DNA of 64,000 nucleotides from the human T2T-CHM13v2.0 reference genome, Homo sapiens: NCBI RefSeq assembly GCF_009914755.1, contig NC_060929.1; one strand, written 5' to 3'. The translations under genes and the position numbers were made by a program. This document shows positions 56,301 to 64,000 of this stretch, in pieces; position 1 is the first letter of the stretch; each line of letters begins with the position of its first letter. The notes under the pieces were generated by a model. That model saw only the letters and a list, made by a program, of their open reading frames with translations, had not been told where the DNA came from and made no database searches.

Positions 56301-58115
56301 GCCTCCTCTCTCTTCTGGCTTGTAGAGTTTCTGCCGAGAGATCCGCTGTTAGTCTGATGGGCTTCCCTTTGTGGGTAACCCAACCTTTCTCTCTGGCTGC
56401 CCTTAACAATTTTTCCTTCTTTTCAACTTTGGTGAATCTGATAATTACATGTCTTGGAGTTGCTCTTCTCGAGGAATATCTTTGTGGCGTTCTCTGTATT
56501 TCCTGAATTTGAATGTTGGCCTGCCTTGCTAGGTTGGGGAAGTTCTCCTGGATAATATCCTGAAGAGTGTTTTCCTACTTGGTTCCATTCTCCCTGTCAC
56601 TTTCTGGTACACCAATCAGACATAGATTTGGTCTTTTCATATAGTCCCATATTTCTTGGAGGCTTTGTTCATTTCTTTTTACTCTTTTTTCTCTAAACTT
56701 TTCTCCTCACTTCATTTCATTCATTTGATCTTCGATCACTGATACCCTTTCTTCCACTTGATCGAATCGGCTAGTGAAGCTTGTGCATGTGTCACAGAGT
56801 TCTTGGGCCATGTATTTCGGCTCCATCAGGTCATTTAAGGTCTTCTCTGTGCTCTTTATACTAGTTAGTCATTCATCTAATCTTTTTTCAAGGTTTTTAG
56901 CTTTTTGCGATGGGTTCGAACATCCTCCTTTAGCTCAGAGAAGTTTGTTATTACCGATCATCTGAAGCCTTTTTCTCTCAGCTCATCAAAGTCATTCTCC
57001 ACCCAGCTTTGATCCATTGCTGGTGAGGAGCTGCATTCCTCTGGAGGAGAAGAGGCACTCTGATTTTTAGGATTTTCCAGTTTTCTGTTCTGATTTCTCC
57101 CCATCCTTGTGGTTTTATCTACCTTTGGTCTTTGATGATGGTGATGTACAGATGGGGTTTTGGTGTGGATGTCCTTTCTGTTTGTTAGTTTTCCTACTAA
57201 AAGTCAGGACTCTCAGTTGCAGGTCTTTTGGAGTTTGCTGAAGGTCCACTCCAGACCCTGTTTGCCTGGGTATTACCAGCAGAGGCTGCAGAACAGCATA
57301 TAGTGCAGAACGGCAAATGTTGCTGCCTGATCCCTCCCCTGGAAGCTTTGTCTCAAAGGGGTACCCAGCCGTTTGAGGTGTCAGTCGGCCCCTACTGGGA
57401 GGTGCCTCCCAGTTAGGCTACTCAGGCATCAGGGACCCCCTTGAGGAGGCAGTCTGTTCATTCTGAGATCTCCAGCTCTGTGCTGGGAGAAGCACTACTC
57501 TCTTCAAACCTGTCAGACAGGGACACTTAAGTCTGCAGAAGTTTCTGCTGCGTTTTGTTTAGCTATGCCCTGTCCCCAGAGGTGGAGTCTACAGAGGCAG
57601 GCAGGCCTCTTTGAGCTGTGGTGGGCTCCACCCAGTTCAAGCCTCCTGGCCGCTTTGTTTACCTACTCAAGCCTCAGCAATGGTGGACGCCCCTCCCCCA
57701 GCCTCGCTGCTGACTTGCAGTTCAATCTCAGACTTCTGTGCTAGCAGTGTGTGAGGCTCGTGGGCGTGCTACCCTCCAAGCCATGCATGGGATATAATCT
57801 CCTGGTGTGCCATTTGCTAAGACCATTGGAAAAGCACAGTATTAGGGTGGGAGTGTCCTGATTTTCCAGGTACCATCTGTCACAGCTTCCCTTGGTTAGG
57901 AAAAGGAATTCTCTGACCACTTGCACTTCCAGGTGAGGTGATGCCCTGCCCTGCTTCAGCTCATGCTCTTTGGGCTGCACCCACTGTCTGACAAGCCCCA
58001 GTAAGATGAACCTGGTACCTCAGTTGGAAATGCAGAAATCCCCTGTCTTCTATGTCACTCACACTGGGAGCTGTAGACTGGAACTGTTCCTATTCAGCCA
58101 TCTTGGGACCTCCCC
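53311..58115 (-). mobile_element. L1PA5-like element with both termini and a ~1.35 kb internal ORF2 deletion
   Basis: (TTTTA)n tail 53311-53355; 5' end 'cagccatcttgggacctcccc'; TSD core 'tatgtgtttt' at 53301-53310 and 58121-58130; deletion junction near 55037. Confidence 0.94.
53587..55128 (-). pseudogene. 513-aa L1 ORF2-derived ORF lacking EN and RT core (C-terminal ~490 aa with CCHC knuckle)
   Basis: Junction KQEQTHS|NYKPLLNE; [18 protein letters not shown] present; no FADD motif. Confidence 0.85.
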
Positions 58116-61100
58116 AAGCTTATGTGTTTTATTGCATGTGAGATGTTTCTTGAAGACAGCATACTATTGAATCTTGCTTCTATATCCTGTTTTCCGCTCT
58201 ATGCCTTTTAATTGGGACACTTTGCCCATTTATATTCAAGGTTAGTATTGATATGTGTGAATTTAATACTGTCATTGTGTTTTTAGCTGGTTATTATGCA
58301 GACGTGTTTATGTGGTTGCTTTATAATGTCACTGATCTGTGTACCTAAGTGTGTTTTTGTTTCAGGTGATAATAGTCTATCCTTTCCACATTTAGTGTGC
58401 CTTTCAGATGCTCTTATAAGGCAGTCTGGTAGTAGTGAATTCTTAGTATTTTGTTGTCTGAAAAGGATCTTATTTATCTTTCACTTATGAAGCTTAGTTT
58501 GGCTGGATATAAAATTCTTGGTCAGATTTTTTTTCTTTAAGAATATTGAATATAGGCCTGTAATCTCTTCTGGCTTGTAAGCTTTCTACTGAAAGGCCTT
58601 CTGTTAACCTGATGGAGTTCCCTTTATGACCTGCTCTTTCTTTCTAGCTACATTTGACATTTTTTCTTTCATTTTGATCTTGGAAAATCTGATGATAATG
58701 TTTCTTGGAGATGATCTTGTGTAGTATCTTGCAGGGGTTCTCTGCATTTTCTGAATTTGACTGTAGGTCTTTCTATCAAGTTTGGGAAAGTTTTCAAGGA
58801 TAATATCCTGAAACATGTTTTACAAGTTGCTTGATTTCTCCTCATCTCTTTCAGGGATGCCAATGGCTCATAGATTTGGCCTCTTTACATAATCCCATTT
58901 TTCTCAGAAGTTTTGTTTGTTCTTTTCTTTCTTTTCTTTTTTTGTCTTTCTTATTTCAGAGAGCCCATTTCAAGATCTAAGATTCTTTTTCAGTTTGGTC
59001 TATTCTGCTGTTAATATTTGCAATTGCATTATGAAATTTTTGTGGTGTCTTTTTTTCAGCTCTATTAAGTCAGTTATCTCCTTTCAATACTGGCTATTTG
59101 ATCAGCTCCTGTATCATTTTATTGTAATTCTTAGATTTCTTGGATTGAGTTTAGACATTCTCTTGAATTTCAATCATATTCGTTCCTATTCATATTCTCT
59201 TTTCCGTCATTTCAGCCATTAAAGCCTGGTTAAGAAACCTTGCTGGAGAACAAATGTGGTTATTTGGAGAACAGAAGACACTCTGGCCATTTGAGTTGCT
59301 GGAGTTCTTGCACATGCTAATTTTCATTTGTGCATGTGGCTGCTCCTTTAACTGTGGTATAGATTGAGTACAGTCAGAATTATATTCTGGAGGTTTTCAG
59401 AGGACTGAGGCTTCATGCAGGGTTTTTGTTTATAGCTAGGTTCTTGTCCTTGGCTTCACATGAGGGTGTGTTAGCAAAGTATTTTAGGTGTTTAAATATT
59501 AGGGTGAGATCCATTAGGTTTTACTTAAGTGTAATGATCAGTAGTTAGGTTCTTAGTGATGTGGTTTCTCTACATTTCCTGGTAGTTGCAGCTGTGCTCC
59601 TTCTCAATGCTCTGAAAGTGTGGGCTTCTCTTCCACTTCAGTGCTGGCTGTAGTTCATGGTTTGGCACTCCCTGTCTCCACACTGATGCTCTGGGGCAAT
59701 CTCAGGGTTTGTGCTCTCTCTCCAACTTGGAGGCAGCAGAGGAAGGGAACTTAGCAGTGGTTGTGGCTGTTGGTTTTTCACTTTTCTCCTGGGGCTCCAC
59801 CGCAGAGAGATGCAGAGCTGCAGTCAATCAGTGCAACTGGGCTGTGATGAGGGGGTTGCACTGTGGTCCTAAGCTAGGGAAGTCCTGCCTAGGGACAAGA
59901 ACGGGGAGATGGGTGTGACCTGTGAGAGAAAGGCTGTTCTCCTCTATTTAGCATAACTGCAGCTTGCTTGAGGTGTGGATAGGGCACTTAGAGTCTTTGC
60001 TCTTCCCCAGTTTTAGGGCAGTAGGGGCAGTATCACTGCAAGGTCAGTGGTAGCGGGGCTTTCAGCTATCCCTGGGAGCTCCACTTCCAAGAAACATGGA
60101 ACTGTTACTACTGGGAGTGTTCAGCCAAGGTGTGGGGTGGCTGGACTGCTGGTCTGAGCTGGGGGCTTCACTTTTAGGGGAGCAGGGGGTTGAGGGCTGA
60201 CAGAGAGGAGAGATTAGTCTCCACTCCATATGGTGACCATGGCATGCTATAAGCTTGAGTGTAGCCCTCAGGCTTTTTGTTTTTTCCCCAGACCGAGGGT
60301 ATCAGGGGCAGAAGTGCTGTTGTGACAGTGGCAGAGGGGTTGCCAGTTACCTCTGAGATCCTCTCCCCAGGGGAATTTAGAGCCACTACCAGTGAGTGTG
60401 CTCAGCTGTGGGTGAAGTGGCTGTTCTGTGGTTCTGAGCTGGGGGCCCTGCCTGATGAAAAGTGGGGGTTGGGGGTTTCCAGTGTAGAGGGATGGGACTC
60501 CTCTCAATATGGTGGCTGTTGTGTGCTGAAGGTGCCAGCATAGTGACTCGACTTTTTTTTTCCTTCCCCAGCCTGAGGGCAGTTAAGGCAGTAGCACTGC
60601 AGCTGCAATGGTAAAGGGGCTGTGGGTTGACTCTGTGATTTCCTCTGCAGAGAAATGTTGAGCTTCTTTTGATTGAGGTGTTCAGGTAGGGCCAGGGTGG
60701 TGGTTCTGGAGTCCCAGGTAGAGTGGCCCTGCCCAGTGAGAAATGAAGTCTAGGAACTATATGGAGGACAGTCTAACCAATTTTCCATGAAGAAGCTGCA
60801 TGGTGCAGGAGGGTCCACACCAGCCCCTCATCCCCTTGGACTCTCCAGAACTTGGAGGGAGCAAGAGCAAAGGCTGCAAAACAGCAATAATGGTGGCTCA
60901 CCCCTTCCTCTGGGAGCTCTGTCTTAGGGAGGTACAGAGCCACTGCCAGTCTGAGAATGCTGGTTGGGGAGGCTGAAGTCCCTGCTCAGAAAATCCCACC
61001 CAGTTAGGAGAAATGGGATCAGGGACCCATGCAAAAAAAAAACAAAAAACAGTCTGGCTGCTTCTCCACAGGGCTGCTTCACTGTGCTGGGGATCCACTC

Positions 61101-61359
61101 CCAGTCTCTGGTCACCTTGGACTCTGTAGATCTCAAAGGCAGCAGCAGAAAAGACCAGGAAATGGCAAAGATGGTGACCTGTCCCTCCCTCTAGGAGATT
61201 CAGCTCTGGGGAGTGTGATGTTGGTGTTGGTGCTGGCCTGAGAACACCGGCAGTGGGTGGCTGAAATCATAGGTCAGTGGGTCTTAACCTACAGAGGTGT
61301 CATGGAAGTGAGGCCTGCAGACCATCACTGTTCAGCCCCCTGAAATCAGCCCTTTTTTG

Positions 61360-64000
61360 ATCTCATAATAATTCTCTACACTTCCTCCCAAACATCCAAT
61401 TCATTGTTTCCTTGACTTATCTTTTAGTCTGTTGTGTAATAATCATTAATTATAGCTTTGTGTTTTTGGCCATTTTTACTTTAGATCTTCACACTAGAGG
61501 ATTGACAGATTTATTATATAGCACCATTACAGCACTTGGATATTCTGAATTTGATTATTAATTTACCTCTACATACGAGTTTTATAGTTTTATGGGTTTT
61601 TATGATAGTAATTATCATGTCATTTCCAGCGGGAGCACTTTCTTAAGCATTTCTTGTAAAGCTGGCCTAATGGTGATAAATTCCCTCAGCTATTGCTTGT
61701 CTGGGAAAGTCTTTGTTTCTCCTTCCAGTTCCAATTTTCTTAAGGATAGCTTTACCAGAGACAATATTCTTGATTGGCAGTTCATCTTCTTTCAGCACTT
61801 TGAATATATCATTCTATTCTCTCCTGGACCATAGGATTTCTGCTGAGAAATCAGCTGATAGGCCAGTGGGATTTATTTTACATGTGACTTGATGCTTTTT
61901 TCTGGCAACATTTAGCATTCCCTCTCTTTGCTTTTGACTTTTGACAGTTTGCCTGTAATGTTACTTAGAGAGGATCTTTTTGAGTTAAATAAAGTTGGGA
62001 ACTTTTGAGCTTCCTGGATTTGGATGTCCACAATTCTCCAAAGACTTGAGACATTATTAGCTATTATTTTATTAAATAAATTTTCTGTTCCTTTCCCCAT
62101 CTCTTCTCCCTCTGACACTCCTATAAACAATCACAGTCACACATCACCTAATGATAGGAACACTATTGGAGAAACGTGTCATTAAATTTTTTTGGTTTGG
62201 AACACACCATAGAGTGTAGTTACACAGATCCAGATGACACAGGCTACTACATACCTAGGAAATATGGTATAGCCTATTGCTCTTAGCCTACAAACTGGTA
62301 CAGCTTATTACTAAACTGAATACTGTAGGCAGCTGCAACACAACGTTAAGTATTTGTGTATCTAAACATATCTAAACACAGAAAAGATGCAGTAAAAACT
62401 ATGGTATTATAATCTTATGGGACCACTGTTTTATATGTATTTAAATCATTGACTGAAACGTTAGATGGTATATGGCCATTTTTGCTTGCTTAATGTTGTC
62501 TCAAAGTCCCATAGACTTTCTTCAGTCACTTTTTGTTCTTCATTATTTTTTCCTTTCTTACTGAGTTATTTCAAAGGATGTGTCTTCAATTTAAGAAATT
62601 CTTTCTCCTTCTTGATCTTGTCTGTTGTTGAAGCTGTCAGTTGTATTTTTTATTTCATTCATTGAATTCTTCAAGATTTATTTAATGATATATATCTCTC
62701 TGAGTTTCTTATTCAGGTTATCAGTTGCTTTCCTGAGTTTACTGAACTGTTTGTCTACATTATCTTATATCTTGCTGAGTTTCCTTAAGATTATTACATT
62801 GAATTCTGTTTTAGAAATTTTGTAAATATGTTTTTCTTCATGGTCTATTACTGGAGACTTATTGTATTCCATTGAGGGTGTCACATTTCCTAGATTTTTC
62901 TTTTCATTGTGTTTCTATACTGATGTCTGATCATCTAGCAGGACAGTTGGTGTTTCCAATTTTATGGAGTAGTTCTTGTAAAGAGAGACTTTTTCCTGTA
63001 GATAGGTCCCAGGATGTCAGTTGGGTATGGTGAGTTGGCTTTGTTTTAGAATGAACTTAGCAGCTTAACTGAATCTCCATTAAGTTTCTTTAGCCGTAGT
63101 CCTTGTCAGCAATGTTAGCAATTGCCTCAGTGACCTAGGCTACAGGAGTTTGTGATGGTGGTGACATGATTTTGCTGGGAGTAAATGCACTGAGCTGTTT
63201 GTCAGACATAGTACGTGCAGTCATGGCAAACCAATAAGTTTGTACAGTAGGATTTCTGGGGGTGGGAGTGGAGTGTCTCTACTGGGCTGGTTGTCACTCT
63301 GGTTGTTCATGGGAGAAGTAAGCCAGCAGGCTGTGTGGCTGACTCTTCAGGGATGCAGGGCTGCTGGCAGACACCACTGGGCCAGTCATGGATGCAGGTG
63401 TGCTGGTGGGCTGGCTGGCTGAGCAGTGCAGGCACATGTGGGCATAGCTGGACAGTTGGCTGTAAGGAAGCTTCCCCACTGTTTAAGTCCACCTGTTATT
63501 GGAAGAGAGTGTTGTGCTGCATGGGTTTAGAAACTGGGTCCTTGCTTGTTCTGTTGGGTCTAGGTTCCAGGCAGCCAAGATCTTGGTGCTGCAGTCATCA
63601 ACATGAGTGTGGTAGAATGACAATGGGGCCTAAGCATGAAGAGAGTCAGTGGCTACTTGCACTCAGGATAAGATGCACTCTAGCAGTGATTTTGGTTTCA
63701 CGATGGTTCCATGCATTAACAATTTAGATTGCAAAAAGTGGGGAGTGGGGGTCACCATGGGCTCTTACTCTGGGACAATGCAGCTGCACAAACTTCTGGT
63801 AACTAGCCAAACTGGATCCAGGGTCTTTGAGGACTTAGGGACTTTCCTGTATCAAGGACTGCTAGTCCCTGTGGCATCAGTGGCAACTACTGAGGTCTTA
63901 TTTTACCTTTTCCCCATAAGAATTTCCTCCTGACTCTGAGCCAATCCTGACAGGGGAGACAGTGCTGTAGAGGCAGTATGTCTCACTGCCCCCCTCTATG
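61360..64000 (-). mobile_element. Old L1M ORF1 and 5'UTR region (runs off the window)
   Basis: ORF 61912-62130 (IGVSEGEE.GKGTENLFNKII...DIQIQEAQK) is L1 ORF1 RRM-like. Confidence 0.82.
62132..62463 (+). mobile_element. Tigger3a (MER7A) TcMar DNA transposon inserted in L1M ORF1
   Basis: 'ggctactacatacctagg...atggtatagcctattgctc', 'gaatactgtaggca', 'taatcttatgggaccac', 'cattgactgaaacg'. Confidence 0.88.

Larger units (their letters stand above)
49319..61358 (-). mobile_element. L1PA13-15-like near-full-length element (49319-53310 and 58117-61358), poly-A end lost
   Basis: 3'UTR 'ggggtttgtacagataatttcatcatccaggtaata'; ORF2 remnants 51521-52035; ORF1 remnant 58604-58816 (FQDIILENFPKL); GC-richer 5'UTR 59300-61350. 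Confidence 0.88.

Noticed and set aside
57200-58115. L1PA5 5'UTR as a CpG-island promoter or intact ORF0
   Set aside because: Most CpGs have decayed to TG/CA, and I cannot verify an intact ORF0 or promoter activity from sequence alone

Overview
Primate (human-like) non-coding genomic DNA: AT-rich, CpG-depleted and dominated by transposable elements. I recognise no host protein-coding exon, tRNA/rRNA gene or CRISPR array. Every long ORF in the track that I can assign is a LINE-1 ORF1/ORF2 or HERV-L gag/pol remnant; the rest look like chance ORFs. Positions 1-23 kb are a mosaic of old repeats (L2, MIR, MaLR LTRs, hAT DNA transposons, L1M), with a young 5'-truncated L1PA2/3 and a few unique islands; one island holds a plausible + strand exon (19945-20144). 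Positions 23-40 kb are a three-level nest: an old L1M(+) contains a full-length L1MA(-), which contains a twin-primed L1PA7-like element and an AluY. Positions 44.6-64 kb hold a HERV-L provirus truncated at both ends, an L1PA13-15-like element hosting an L1PA5 that has lost its RT domain, and an old L1M carrying a Tigger3a. I found no convincing new biological system. The most unusual signals are: a ~119 bp HERV-L pol fragment pasted into a neighbouring L1 within a ~1 kb cluster of templated-repair scars; an RT-less 513-aa L1 ORF2 fusion ORF; a twin-priming inversion with visible target/L1 microhomology; and a short L1 3' transduction. Subfamily names come from my recall of consensus diagnostics, not from a database run, and boundaries of old repeats are approximate.
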